A DNA stretch of 64,000 bases, taken from assembly GCA_964016885.1 (NCBI GenBank), contig OZ024740.1, forward strand, positions 21,576,001 to 21,640,000. Reading direction: 5' to 3'. The stretch is from Eledone cirrhosa (taxonomy: Eukaryota). Positions 40,472 to 52,830 of the stretch are shown in pieces. Within the stretch, counting starts at the first letter, position 1; each line of letters begins with the position of its first letter. Both the position numbers and the translations under genes were made by a program. The notes beneath the pieces were generated by a model that was not told the origin of the DNA, made no database searches, and was given only the letters and a program-made list of their open reading frames with translations.

Positions 40472-40685
40472 CCTCAACTTCTACTCTCTACAATTCTGGC
40501 TTCCTGGTATCCATGGTTCTCCGAATGAACTCTGTACCGCTCCTACGTTTGCTCTCCTCTTCCGTCCTCTCCAAATCATGTCTCTTTCCCTCTACCTCTC
40601 TCATTCTCTAACTTTCATTCTCTGTTTCTTTCCCTCTACCCCCCACCTCTCTCTCTCTCTCACTATCTCTCTCTCTCTTATCTCG

Positions 40686-40723
<38 letters not shown>

Positions 40724-40835
40724 GGTACTTTTTTTATCGACCTTGAATAGATGAAAGGCAAAGTTGAGCTCGGCGAGACCAGAGAGCACACAGCCGCAAC
40801 GAATACTGCAAAGCATTCTATCCGACATTCTAACG
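40215..40835. mobile_element. Two SINE copies (+ at about 40215-40370, - at about 40720-40835) around (CT)n, (CTAT)n and (CA)n microsatellites
   Basis: CTGAGTTCAAATCC...TTGCCTTTCATCC on +, and ACTGGTACTTTT...ATCGACC...ATGAAAGGCAAAGTTGA on -. Confidence 0.65.
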
Positions 40836-41298
40836 AAATACTTGTTTATATAAATTGATATATATATGTGTGAATGTGGGGTATGTATAACTCCTTTTGC
40901 GAGTATATGTGTATGGATGTGTGTCTTGTGTATGTGTATGGATGTGTGTACCCTTATGTTCTATTTTAGCATGTTGGTGGAGTACAGATGATTCTTTACT
41001 ATACTATATATATATATAAAATATACATATATATATAAACGGAAAAATGAAACGAAATTTCATTTCCCACTCTTAGTACGGCTGTTACTTAAATATATGT
41101 ATGTATACGTACATACATATATGTATACAGACGTACAGTAGTATGTATATATATACATACATGCACACATATATATATGTACGTATGGATTCACCGAACA
41201 TTTATTATAATGCTCGGTGTGTTTGTAAACAAACATCCCGTATTAAGCCGTAGTGTCTAGCAACCATCGTTGCTCGTTTGTTCAACACTGACAAAGGA

Positions 41299-41341
41299 AC
41301 GCTGTACTAGTTTCAAGCTTATTAGCTATCGTCAGCAACGT
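41299..41341 (-). ncRNA. Minimal type I hammerhead ribozyme motif
   Basis: Reverse complement of 41690-41732. Confidence 0.8.
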
Positions 41342-41689
41342 ATACCTTCCTGCCAGATGGTGGCTTAATACGGGATGTTTGTTTACAAACACACCGAGCA
41401 TTATAATAAATGTTCGGTGAATCTATACGTACATATATATATGTGTGCATGTATGTATATATATATACATACTACGGTACGTCTGTATACATATATGTAT
41501 GTACGTGTACATACTTATATTTAAGTAACAGCCGTACTAAGAGTGGGAAATGAAATTTCGTTTCATTTTTTCCGTTTATCGTTTTCGGTGCACCCGGCCG
41601 ATTAAGCCACTCGGTATGCAAATTGGGCTACTCAGCCGTTAATATGCATAAGGTAAGTATATACGTTCAACAATCTGACAGGAAGGTAT

Positions 41690-41732
41690 ACGTTGCTGAC
41701 GATAGCTAATAAGCTTGAAACTAGTACAGCGT
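41690..41732 (+). ncRNA. Minimal type I hammerhead ribozyme motif
   Basis: ACGTTG-CTGACGA-TAGCT aata AGCTT-GAAA-CTAG-TA-CAGCGT. 6-bp stem I, AGCT/AGCT stem II, palindromic ACTAGT stem III. Confidence 0.85.
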
Positions 41733-41971
41733 TCCTTTATCAGTGTTGAACAAACGAGCAACGATGGTTGCTAGACACTACCGCTTAATACGGGATGTTT
41801 GTTTACAAACACACCGAGCATTATAATAAATGTTCGGTGAATCCATACGTATATATATATGTGTGCATGTATGTATATATATATATATACATACTACGGT
41901 ACGTCTGTATACATATATGTATGTACGTGTACATACTTATATACATATATATATATATATATAAAATATAC

Positions 41972-42010
<39 letters not shown>

Positions 42011-42013
<3 letters not shown>

Positions 42014-43317
42014 GGTGGGGCATAAAAACTGTTACAAAATAAAATGCAAATAGTTCTTGAAAAAAACATTTATTTCAAGATCTGACTTCAACAAATAGTA
42101 AGTAATATACTATTAAACAACTGCACAGACATTTATTCAAAATGCTTTCCCCTAGCTCTCACTACCGCACGAAGTCTTCTAGTAAAGTCTTCGATGACTG
42201 CACGAACAGTTTCCATGGGTATTTTCTCCCATACTTTATTCAGTTTTGATTTTAGAGTTTCAATATTTTGGCTAGGAGTAGAGCAGGCTTCACTCTCAAG
42301 AATTGACCATAAAGAAAAATCGAGAGGGTTGAGATCTGGTGATGTGGGAGGCCACTCTTCCTTACTGATCCATGCAGGACAATGGTCTCTACACCACTGT
42401 TGTGTTACGCGAGCAGTGTGGCTCGTCGCTCCATCTTGTTGGAGAGTCCAAATGTCATCGCCATAAACAGATGTGCACCATGGCATCAGTGCTCCTTCCA
42501 AAATATCCTTTATGTAAAGTTCTTTGTTAATTTAAACTCCTTGAGGCACAAAAAATCAGAGGGGACATCCCTCTTTCAGAAATGGCTGCCCAAACCATCA
42601 CTAATGCTGGTTTCAGTGTTCTGAACACTTTTCCTACACTTGAAGGAATTGATTTGAGACTTTTTGCAAGTACTCGATCATTTTGATGGTTGTGAGACTG
42701 CTGCACAGTGAATAACTTCTCATCTGTAAAGATGATGTTTTGCAGCGTGCCATCCTTGATACGGTTCAATAACAGTTTACTTCTGGACAGCCTCTTTTCA
42801 ATTGTAGCTGCAGAAAGAAACTGTCTCTTTTGGAACTTATAGGGTGACATCCCCAGATCATCTCGACAAATCCTCCGCATAGTTCTCGTCCATGTTTCTG
42901 CTTCTTCTGCCTTTTTTTCTCATGAACCTTCTTGGATTACGCCTTATTTTTTCCTTCACACTTTTAACGAGTTTTGGAGTTCTTGAGGTGCGAGGGCGTC
43001 TGGATCGAGGTTTGTCTTTGGTCGAGGAAGTTTCCTTAAATCGATCGATTGTTCTTTTGATCAACATTCTATTGATTTTAAGAATTTTCCCCAGTTTAAA
43101 TATCTCGGGTGGAGTCAGGCCTTTTTCATGCTTCTCTATTATGAACTTTCTTTTCAATTCTATGGACATTGCAAATTGTTAATGGAGTAATGTTCTGAAA
43201 AATAGTTAATATGGTTATAGTGCATGGATTTGATACAAATATATTAGTTATATTAGCAACATAATGTATTTTTAAAATTGATTTAAAACTTTGTAACAGG
43301 AATTATGCCCCACCCTG
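42011..43317 (-). mobile_element. Tc1/mariner DNA transposon of the DD37D (maT) family, about 1.3 kb, inserted in (TA)n
   Basis: About 28-bp TIRs CAGGGTGGGGCATAA...TGTTACAAA at both ends, flanked by TA. Confidence 0.95.
42133..43169 (-). pseudogene. Frameshifted DD37D transposase
   Basis: Three ORF pieces: HTH N-terminus, IIFTDEKLF, VMVWAAIS, and QQDGATSH...WPPTSPDLNPLDF with 37 residues between the second and third Asp. Confidence 0.92.
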
Positions 43318-43331
43318 TATATATATATATG

Positions 43332-43385
<54 letters not shown>

Positions 43386-43531
43386 AGTATGTCTTGGTTG
43401 TTTACCGACACCTCAGTATGCAGGTAGGAACACTCGACGAAGTACGCAGGCTGGTTTGTTCACTCCGGAGTAATGTAAAATAATAAGTGTAAGTCAAATA
43501 TGTTAAAGTTGGCTTCGTTTATTCAAATTCT

Positions 43532-43584
43532 CTGCTATATATATTTCAGTGACAGCCATTATTGGCTGTGACCTCATCAGGCAG
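43532..43584 (-). ncRNA. Minimal type I hammerhead ribozyme motif
   Basis: Minus strand reads CTGC-CTGATGA-GGTCACAGCC aataat GGCTGTCACT-GAAA-TATATA-TA-GCAG. Confidence 0.82.
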
Positions 43585-43750
43585 TAAGAATTAAGGTAGA
43601 AAAAACAGGAAAACATGATGTTGTAATGGGTTCTACCCCGTTAATTCATCGATATGTCTAGCCCCTGGGTGTGTTGTTAGTCCTGAAAGGAACTGGAATC
43701 ATATGGTTCCAGTTTCTTTGTTTTCCTGTTTTTTTCTGTCTTAATTCTTA

Positions 43751-43803
43751 CTGCCTGATGAGCTCACAGCCAATAATGGCTGTCACTGAAATATATATAG
43801 CAG
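43751..43803 (+). ncRNA. Minimal type I hammerhead ribozyme motif
   Basis: CTGC-CTGATGA-GCTCACAGCC aataat GGCTGTCACT-GAAA-TATATA-TA-GCAG. Confidence 0.78.
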
Positions 43804-43859
43804 CGAATTGGAATAAACGAAGCCATCTTTAACATGTTTGACTTACACTTATTATTTTA

Positions 43860-44296
43860 TATATATATAGTGGCCATGCAGGGACATCGTCTTAAAAGAA
43901 TTTAGTTGACCAAACCAACTTTCAGTACTCTAAACATTAGACCACGTACCTTTATAATACAGGATGAAAATAGAAACAAGGAGGGAGAAGTGATCAGAAG
44001 TTTTAGGCACCTAGATATTTCATGCTAAAATATATTTATATATACAACACAATATATTTCACGCTGTATATATATATATATATATATATACAGCGTGAAA
44101 TATATTGTGTTGTATATATAAATATATTTTAGCGTGAAATATCTAGGTGCCTAAAACTTCTGATCACTTCTCCCTCCTTGTTTCTATTTTCATCCTGTAT
44201 TATAAAGGTACGTGGTCTAATGTTTAGAGTACTGAAAGTTGGTTTGGTCAACTAAATTCTTTCAAGACGATGTCCCTGCATGACCACTATATATAT
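43860..44296. repeat. About 207-bp inverted duplication centred on a (TA)12 tract
   Basis: 43860-44066 mirrors 44091-44296 around TA repeats at 44067-44090. No hammerhead core seen. Confidence 0.9.
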
Positions 44297-44520
44297 CTAT
44301 GTGTTCATGTTAATGGCTTGATTTCTGGACCGGGAAGTGAGTGTCTTCAGTTCTTGAACAAGCTGTGTCATTTCACCTTACTTTTCGAGATATAATTGGA
44401 GCCTTTATTATTAGAATATCCGACAAACCTCCTATACGATACAACCGCGTAAGAAGCCAACTAAATCTGCATAAGTGTGATCTGTGAATTTAATTTTCTT
44501 TTTAATTTCTTTTATTTTAG

Positions 44521-44660
44521 TGGATGCCTCACAGAAAAGGTTTTGTTGTCGGTTTTGTAGTCGGTGGGTTTGGTGGTGCGGCCTTTATTTTCAACCTTGT
44601 CATCACGGCTTATATAAATCCGAATAATCTCAACCCTGATATTGAATCTAATGGAGAGCA
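44521..44660 (+). CDS. Exon B of the OxlT-like MFS transporter
   Basis: ttttattttag|...|gtgagt. Reads WMPHRKGFVVGFVVGGFGGAAFIFNLVITAYINPNNLNPDIESNGE and ends in phase 2 (CA). Confidence 0.92.
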
Positions 44661-45309
44661 GTGAGTATTTCTTTTTATCTCAACACTTCACTAAACCTTA
44701 CTTTTATCTGATTTATCTCTCTTACGCTTTTTTCTTTCCTTTTTCTTTCTTTCTTACTCTCTTTCTTTCTTCCTTACTCTCTTTCTTTCTCTCATATATA
44801 TATATATACATTTATATATGTATATTTAAATATATATATTTAAATATATACATTTAAATATAAAATATTTAAAAAAATAATGAATAAAACAAAGAAACAG
44901 TTCCTTATATTAAACAAAAAAAGTTCATTATTTAACGATCGTTTCTAGGACATATATGTGTTAGAATTGGCATGCATATTCAAAAGATCTATGTACAAAA
45001 TTATACAAACTATCAAGGAGAATATACATACCATCACATATATATGCTGTCTTCAGAAATAATGAAGTATATTTATTGATAATAACGACAATTCAAAATT
45101 ACAGGTCTGTTTGGGAACAGATTTTAAATAGACCAATGAAATACATAAAAATTCATCAAGAAAATACAGTTAGGTGTGTGTATATATGTAAGTAAATTCG
45201 TTCACAGATATGCATAAAAATGTATGTTCACATGCATACGCATGTCGAAAAAGTGTATGTAAATATAAAAATTTAGGGCTAATGTCTCTGTATGTTTATA
45301 ATCTACAGA

Positions 45310-45420
45310 CAAAATATACATACATATACATATATATATACATACATATATACACACATATACATACATTCATACACACACACGCATATATACATAAACA
45401 CACACATACCTACGAACACA

Positions 45421-45452
<32 letters not shown>

Positions 45453-45929
45453 TACGTATATATTATTATTATAACTATATGGATATTGAGGCGCACACAT
45501 AAACACGGCCACAGACACTTACATTTAGATGCAGAATTAAAAGGAGGTAAGGGAGTAAGTAATTAAAGGAGAGTGTCAAACTCAGCATATTTATAAAAAT
45601 GTATCTATAAAGTTAGAAATAAAAAAAAAAATTTTTTATAGAAGGAAAAAACTTAAAAACAGGGGAACAAAAAATAAGGGGGGGGGGGGTTACATACATA
45701 CACAGACGCGAATGTCTCACAAAAGAAATATAACAAAAACATAAAAAAACATAAAAGAGAGACATAAAATATACATGCTTATATACCTACGCACATTTAC
45801 ACATCCATACGTTCGATACATACATACGTACACACACACACATACACATACTTAACCTCACGCATATTAACCTGTTTGTATGCATATACATAAAAACAAG
45901 TAAAACATATACTCATACATATAAATACA

Positions 45930-46005
<76 letters not shown>

Positions 46006-46231
46006 CACACAACACACATATATACATATATGTACACACACATACACACATACATACACTTACATATATATATATATATACATATATATATACACACATA
46101 TATATACACACATATATACACACACACATACATATACATATATATACATACACACACACATACCCATGTATATATACACACAACCACACACACTCACACA
46201 CTCAGACATACATAAATATAGAGGCATACAT

Positions 46232-46275
<44 letters not shown>

Positions 46276-46367
46276 ATAAATACACACAGTCAGACAATTA
46301 TGCACATATATACACATACATACACACATCTCTACAAATACATATACATACACATACATACATACAC

Positions 46368-46404
<37 letters not shown>

Positions 46405-46505
46405 CACTCATACATACATATTTACATGCGCACATATGTATTTTTATACTCACATACAAACACACAAACATACATACATACTTACATACACATACATACA
46501 TTCAC
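45310..46505. repeat. Mixed (TA)/(CA)/(TACA) microsatellite field
   Basis: Read directly. Confidence 0.85.
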
Positions 46506-46659
46506 GCTTACAAATACGAATAATTATTGGGGGGGGGGGGATTAAAATTATTAGTGGGAAATAGTAAATATAGGTTTCAAGGAACATAGAATATTAATCT
46601 GCATTTAAATCATAATATGTGTTTACATAGTAGTGTCAGTATTAGGAAATGGTATTTGT

Positions 46660-47600
46660 AAGAAAGAAGGCTAAATTATGTATTTTAATATAAGTAGACT
46701 ATTAATTATAGGTTAATTAAAGTAAAAATAGTTAATATATTAATTTCTAAGGTGTATACTACTTAGGTTTATAATATTTAAAGCGGAATTTTGAAGTTAA
46801 ACAGTAGTAGAGTATTAATTATAGCATAACTAAATTAAAAATATTAACATGATGGTATCAATTTTAGGAAATGAATTTTGTAATAGGGAAAGCCAAATTA
46901 AGTATTACATCGGTAGTAGAATATTAACTATAGGTTAACTAAATTAAAAATTATATATTAATTTCTATAGTATATGTTAATTAGGTTTATAATAATTAAA
47001 GCAAAATTTTGTATTTTATCTATAGTAGAATATAATTATAGGTTAACTAAATTAAAATTAATCTATATATTTATTTGTAAAGAATATATTAATTAGGTAT
47101 ATATTTAAAAGTTTTTCTCAGTTTATGATTACACGATATTCTGCAATCCATCTGTATTTGAATTTTAATTTTAAGCTAACTAAATTAAAATTACAGGTTA
47201 ACTAAATTAAAATTAATTTATAAATTAATTTCTAAATTGTATATTAATTAGGTTTATAATATTAAAAAGTATTTCTCTGTTATTAATTACACGATATTTT
47301 GTTATATTTCACCTGTAAAGGAATTTTAATAAAAGGTTAAATAAACTAAAATTAATCTATATATTAATTTCCAAAGTATATATTAATTATGTTAATAATA
47401 TTTAAAAGTTTTTCACAGTTTATGATTATACGATATTTTTTAATTTCATCTGTAGTAGAATTTTAATTAAATTAAAATTATAGGTTAACTACATTTAAAT
47501 TAATTTATATATTAATTTCTAAAATATATATTATTAATTAGGTTTATAATATTTAAATGTTTTTCTCAGTTTATGATTACACGATATAATTAATTCCTGT
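46660..47600. repeat. Degenerate AT-rich tandem repeat (about 110-160 bp units)
   Basis: TAGGTTAACTAAATTAAAA, TATATTAATTTCTA, TAGGTTTATAAT and TTATGATTACACGATAT recur in order. Confidence 0.7.
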
Positions 47601-47744
47601 CGTTTATTTAATAGGATATCCTTAGATTTCATTATTTCAAATAGTTCTTGGGAACACAATCTACATTCATTTCTATTATTTTGATATAATAATTACGCAT
47701 AGAATTCCATCCGTTGATTTTCAGTTTCACCCTTAAAACATAGT

Positions 47745-48150
47745 GGAGGCGAGTGGCCTAGTGGTAAGGGTGTTGGACTTATGACCGTAACATCGTGGGT
47801 TCGATTCATGGACTGCGCTGTATGTTGTGGCAGAGTCCTCAAACACTTCTTCCAGCGGGTCCTGTCAGAAGCAACCATCTCCAAATGATCCAGCTGGATC
47901 TCCAAGTGAGACCAGCCAAACTCATGGATGTTATCCAACCATCTTGCTCGGAGTCTACTCCGGGGGGGGGGGGGCTCTCCTACTTGTTGGTTTTGCCAGT
48001 AAAATATGTCCAGCGATTCTCTCCTGAGACATTCTAACCACATGTTCATAGTGTGGGAGTTGTAATCTCTCAATTTGGAGAAGTAGTGGCTCTACCTGAG
48101 TGACTTTCAGATCTCCCAACTACGAACTAACGTCACTGCAAACACCCCAC
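47745..48150. mobile_element. tRNA-derived SINE head (+) abutting an RTE 3' fragment (-)
   Basis: GTGGCCTAGTGG...GGTTCGATTC head. The minus frame reads RARWLDNIHEFGWSHLEIQLDHLEMVASDRTRWKKCLRTL, homologous to 27340-27465. Confidence 0.65.
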
Positions 48151-48645
48151 AATACCCCTATCAACCTTTTCTCTGTCTGATCTTTCTCTTTCAAGTACTC
48201 CACCTGTTTGCTGAAAATCACGAATAGCGTAAGGTCTTCGAAATGCTTTTAATTAAGCATACAGTGTATTGCAAAATACACTGTATATACATTCATATAT
48301 ATATCGCTATTTCAGAGCACCATTTCTAAGTTTCAATTTCTGCTTGACTGGCAACCGCTCTGTATAATCAGTTCCTGATTATTACTAGAATTCTATAAGA
48401 ATCAAACATTCATGATTTTCAGCAAACAGGTGGAGTACTTGGCTTTGATAAGTACCAATCAGTACAAAACAGAGCTCTGTCAGCTTTATCTCCCCTATTT
48501 GCTGAAAATTTAAAGTAAGTGAGACTGTCACTACTCTAAAACAATAGCGTAAGGTCTTCGAAATGCTTTCAATTAAGCATACAGTGTATTGCAAAATACA
48601 CTATATATACATTCATATATATATCGCTATTTCAGAGCACCAATT

Positions 48646-48708
<63 letters not shown>

Positions 48709-48712
<4 letters not shown>

Positions 48713-48994
48713 AAAAAAGATGAAATCGAAATGTAACTGGATTCTTTTTTTTATAAAAATATATATTTGGTTCCTTTACCCGTTTCTCAGATGTGAGAAA
48801 AACCACAGACCCTCCATCTCAATTCTACTTTTGAAAAGCAGAAGAACTGCGAAACGGGTAAAGGAACCAAATAAATATATATATTTATAAAAAAAGACTC
48901 GTTGCATTTTCGATTTCATCTTTTTTCCTTATACTTTCACTCGTGTAGGACACCTTGGTTATTTTTCATTTTGTAAAAAAAGCCTCACTTTCTA
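48709..48994. mobile_element. Small fold-back element (arms about 48709-48786 / 48851-48930) with a degenerate hammerhead at 48828-48863 (+)
   Basis: CTT-TTGAAAA-GCAG aagaa CTGC-GAAA-CGGG-TA-AAG: stems I and II intact, core two changes from CTGAAGA. (TA)n on both sides. Confidence 0.6.
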
Positions 48995-49015
48995 ATATAT
49001 ATATATACATGTATA

Positions 49016-49200
49016 TATTTGATAAAAAGGAAAAGAATGACTTCACTTGTAGTTGTAAACAAACTGATTTAATTTTATAATATTATAATACTATGAGTTG
49101 GTAAAATTAAATCAATTTGTTTAGAAATACAAGTGAAGTCATTTTTTTTCATTTTTTTCAAATATACCTAACTGTACCAAGGATCTCACACATTTTCCAA
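49016..49200. repeat. Small fold-back element (about 60-bp inverted arms plus tail) between (TA)n tracts
   Basis: AATGACTTCACTTGTA...AAACAAACTGATTTAATTTTA mirrors TAAAATTAAATCAATTTGTTT...TACAAGTGAAGTCATT. Confidence 0.7.
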
Positions 49201-49217
49201 TATATATATATATATTT

Positions 49218-49362
<145 letters not shown>

Positions 49363-49456
49363 CAGCCATGTAGAGCGAAGATTTATATATATATATAAGC
49401 GTGAACCTAATACCTAACACCTTTCGTAACTGCACTCCTTGTTGTTATTTACTTTT

Positions 49457-49495
<39 letters not shown>

Positions 49496-49543
49496 TCTCT
49501 CATCAGTTCTCATACAATATTTTCCTTGGTTCACGTCTCCCAG

Positions 49544-49676
49544 GTATTTCTCCCAGGCTGAAGTTTTAGATCGTGTTCCAACCTGCTTCCTTATTCTTGG
49601 AGGAACATTTGCTGTGATGCAACTCTTTGGAACCCTATTGATTTGTGATCCTCCTGTACTTGTGAAGAATGAAGAG
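49544..49676 (+). CDS. Exon C of the OxlT-like MFS transporter
   Basis: tctcccag|G...GAG|gtttgt. CA+G gives Q, then YFSQAEVLDRVPTCFLILGGTFAVMQLFGTLLICDPPVLVKNEE. Confidence 0.92.
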
Positions 49677-49815
49677 GTTTGTTACCATTATTCCCCACCA
49701 CTGCGTTCCGATCTCCTCAAACTCACCTTCCTCCCCATTTTTCTCTTCTTTTACATTCTGAGTTCTAAAGTTCAAAGCCTGTGTCGATCAAACAAAGTGC
49801 CAGAAACCAAGTTTT

Positions 49816-49902
<87 letters not shown>

Positions 49903-50029
49903 AAAGTTATATTTAAATTGTTGGGTTACAACTAGTAAATATTTATAACTGATATAAAAGCACTCAACAAGTATTTGGAGTATATTTACGATATTAAATA
50001 AATGGAAACTATATTTATAAAACCATATT

Positions 50030-50095
50030 TATTTCATTATATATATTTCAGGGATATCATATTAACAATATGTTATGCCTTCTTCAGACAAAATA
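50030..50095 (-). ncRNA. Minimal type I hammerhead ribozyme motif in the 3' pLTR
   Basis: Reverse complement of 52470-52535. Confidence 0.8.
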
Positions 50096-50909
50096 CAATA
50101 TAGACAGTTTTATAGATAAATAGATTTGACATACCGTTCAACATCGACTTGTATTTGAAAAAGTTGATTTGGCAGTGAAAAATTGTAAACAGAAAGAAAG
50201 AAAGAAAGAAAGAAGGAAAGAAAGAAAGAAAACGAAGAAAAAGAAGAAAAAGAAGAAATGCATGCAACAAAATAGAGAGATGGAAAGATAGATAAAGAGA
50301 AGAACTTCATGTAAATAAACAGAGAGAGATATATAGGGAGAGGAAATAGATAGAGATAGATATATATAGAGAAAAGTAGGTAGTTGAACGACGTATCAAT
50401 GATACCTTTATTTATTTATTTATTTATTTAGCTCTAGTATTAATGTAAGGGAGATATATGTGGTTAGGAAAGAAACCAGCCGTTATATAGAGAGAAAAAA
50501 TGAAAAGTAACCAGACATAGGCGAGGCAGAATTTAAAAATATTAGTTCGTATAAAAACCAGGCACTATAATGTAAATATCAGTATTCCTGAATGAGACAC
50601 GTATCTATAATGTGTGAAAAGTGATGATCTTATGTCTAGTTTTAAAAATTCATATGTTTATATGATAACTACAAACATCGATGTGAATTTACGTGATCAA
50701 CTCTGCAAACCCCTATTTCACACGGAGAACATTCTCATTGTGCTATAAAAATTTAAGTACACATATATGTGTATATATACACATATATATAGAGTCTATA
50801 TTAATTTTAACAATACTATTCTTGTCTTTACTCTACATGATTATCTATCAAGCAGAAATAGAGAACAGATTTCAATATATTAATAAAAATATCAGAAACA
50901 AAAACAAAA

Positions 50910-50962
<53 letters not shown>

Positions 50963-51450
50963 TAATAATAAACAAATAAATAAAATAGAAAACTAAAAAA
51001 TATTACATATTAAAAATGAAAATATTAAAAATATTAAAAAATATTAAAATAATAAAAATAAAAATAAAAATAAAAATAAAAACATAATATGCCACGCAAA
51101 TCGACCACAAAGATCAACCCTTCAAAATTAATTGACAATATATTGCCAAGTTCATTATAAGCATCAGAGTCGAAAACAGATAAAGCTAAAAATTATTTAC
51201 CAAATCGCGTCTAGCAGAAATCATTTCAAAAGTTTAGGATGCCCATTTGGTCTACATATGTTCTTATATTTAATATAGAAGTTTATCTAGTGTAACGTTT
51301 ATTCGATATATTTGGAGCATCAACTTTTAGGGTAGTTTAATTTTTCATGAAGAATGTTTAAAAAAATAAAAATAAAAAGAAGAATAAAAAGAAGAAATCG
51401 AAAGATTTATCGGCTAGTTTCCCAAATAATTACAAATCAAACTAAATATA

Positions 51451-52190
51451 CTACATTTTAAATTTAAATTTATATTTAAAAGTTGAGTTCAATCTATGTT
51501 TGCAGCAACTGAATAAATTTGTCCGTAGATTAAGGGAATTTTTAGATTTTAGTATAAAGAATATCTCCTCCGCGCAGAGGTCACATGTCTCAGAGGATGA
51601 ATTAAAAGGAATCCCTCTTGAGACTATATTCCAAGCCGTCGAATATCTAACGTTATCTTGCCTAAGTTGCCAGAGTACGCCTGATAGTGCTGTTGAAGAT
51701 TTTTTGCTTGGATCTGTAAAAGAATTCTTGTGGTTATTATAGCGAAGTTTAAATTCCGTCGATGTGGAACCGACGTAGTTAAAAGAATTAGAGTCCGTTT
51801 TAACATTACAGTTGTATATTATATTTTTAACTAAGCAGTTGTTATTTAACGGACATTTAGATCTATCTCTACAGTTACATTTGTTAACTTGTATATTATT
51901 TATGCTATTATCGCTAGGTTTTAAGTTCCTATTATTTATTCTATTAATATTTTGTGCTAAATTTTTGGTGGATGAGTAGGTTAATTTTATAGTATGTCTA
52001 TTGAAAATTGAGTGATACCTATGTGTTCTAGGGAAGCGATTATCAAGAGCTTTAAAAAATAGTTTAGCGATGTGGGTTTTAATGTTTAGTGAGAAAGGGG
52101 GGGCAAACCATATTATGTTCCTAGTTCTATTTCTTTTTTGGCTTTTGAAATTATTGTAATGCTTTCTATTATAGTTGTTAAGGTTGTGGC
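51451..52190 (-). pseudogene. Open (about 246-codon), start-less C-terminal part of a PLE ORF: RT-distal region + CxCx5C linker + GIY-YIG endonuclease
   Basis: Hand translation: RNRTRNIIWFAPPFSLNIKTHIAKLFF...IFNRHTIKLTYSSTKN...CNCRDRSKCPLNNNCLVKNIIY...YVGSTSTEFKLRYNNHKNSF...STALSGVLWQLR...CDLCAEE...LNLRTNLFSCCKHR...stop. No internal stop; absent from the ORF track. Confidence 0.92.
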
Positions 52191-52469
52191 TACTTTTCTC
52201 TATATATATCTATCTCTATCTATTTCCTCTCCCTATATATCTCTCTCTGTTTCTTTACATGAAGTTCTTCTCTTTATCTATCTTTCCATCTCTCTATTTT
52301 GTTGCATGCATTTCTTCTTTTTCTTCTTTTTCTTCGTTTTCTTTCTTTCTTTCCTTCTTTCTTTCTTTCTTTCTGTTTACAATTTTTCACTGCCAAATCA
52401 ACTTTTTCAAATACAAGTCGATGTTGAACGGTATGTCAAATCTATTTATCTATAAAACTGTCTATATTG

Positions 52470-52535
52470 TATTTTGTCTGAAGAAGGCATAACATATTGT
52501 TAATATGATATCCCTGAAATATATATAATGAAATA
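52470..52535 (+). ncRNA. Minimal type I hammerhead ribozyme motif in the inverted pLTR
   Basis: TATTTTGT-CTGAAGA-AGG..CATATT gtt AATATG..CCT-GAAA-TATATA-TA-ATGAAATA. 8-bp stem I with two G.U pairs. Confidence 0.8.
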
Positions 52536-52575
52536 AATATGGTTTTATAAATATAGTTTCCATTTATTTAATATC

Positions 52576-52726
<151 letters not shown>

Positions 52727-52775
52727 AAATAAAGTTAAATAAAAGTCAAATGATTAAAATTTAGCTTCGTTTATT

Positions 52776-52830
52776 ACTGCTATATATATTTCAGTGACAG
52801 CCATCTTTGGCTGTGACCTCTTCAGGCAGT
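52776..52830 (-). ncRNA. Minimal type I hammerhead ribozyme motif
   Basis: Exact reverse complement of 53063-53117. Confidence 0.85.

Larger units (their letters stand above)
41036..41942. mobile_element. Complex inverted/tandem PLE pLTR-like array between (TA)n tracts
   Basis: Minus arm 41036-41358, inverted partial copy 41364-41578, about 95 bp unique, then plus copy 41673-41942. Hammerhead motif present in two of the arms. Confidence 0.8.
43383..43859. mobile_element. Fold-back hammerhead element, family X copy 1 (tail 43383-43475; arms 43476-43615 / 43719-43859; turn hairpin about 43688-43717)
   Basis: Inverted arms bounded by (TA)n. The tail is the reverse complement of 53169-53262. 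Confidence 0.85.

Noticed and set aside
45210-46545. YIYI/THTH/VCVC-rich ORFs here and elsewhere
   Set aside because: They are translations of dinucleotide microsatellites.
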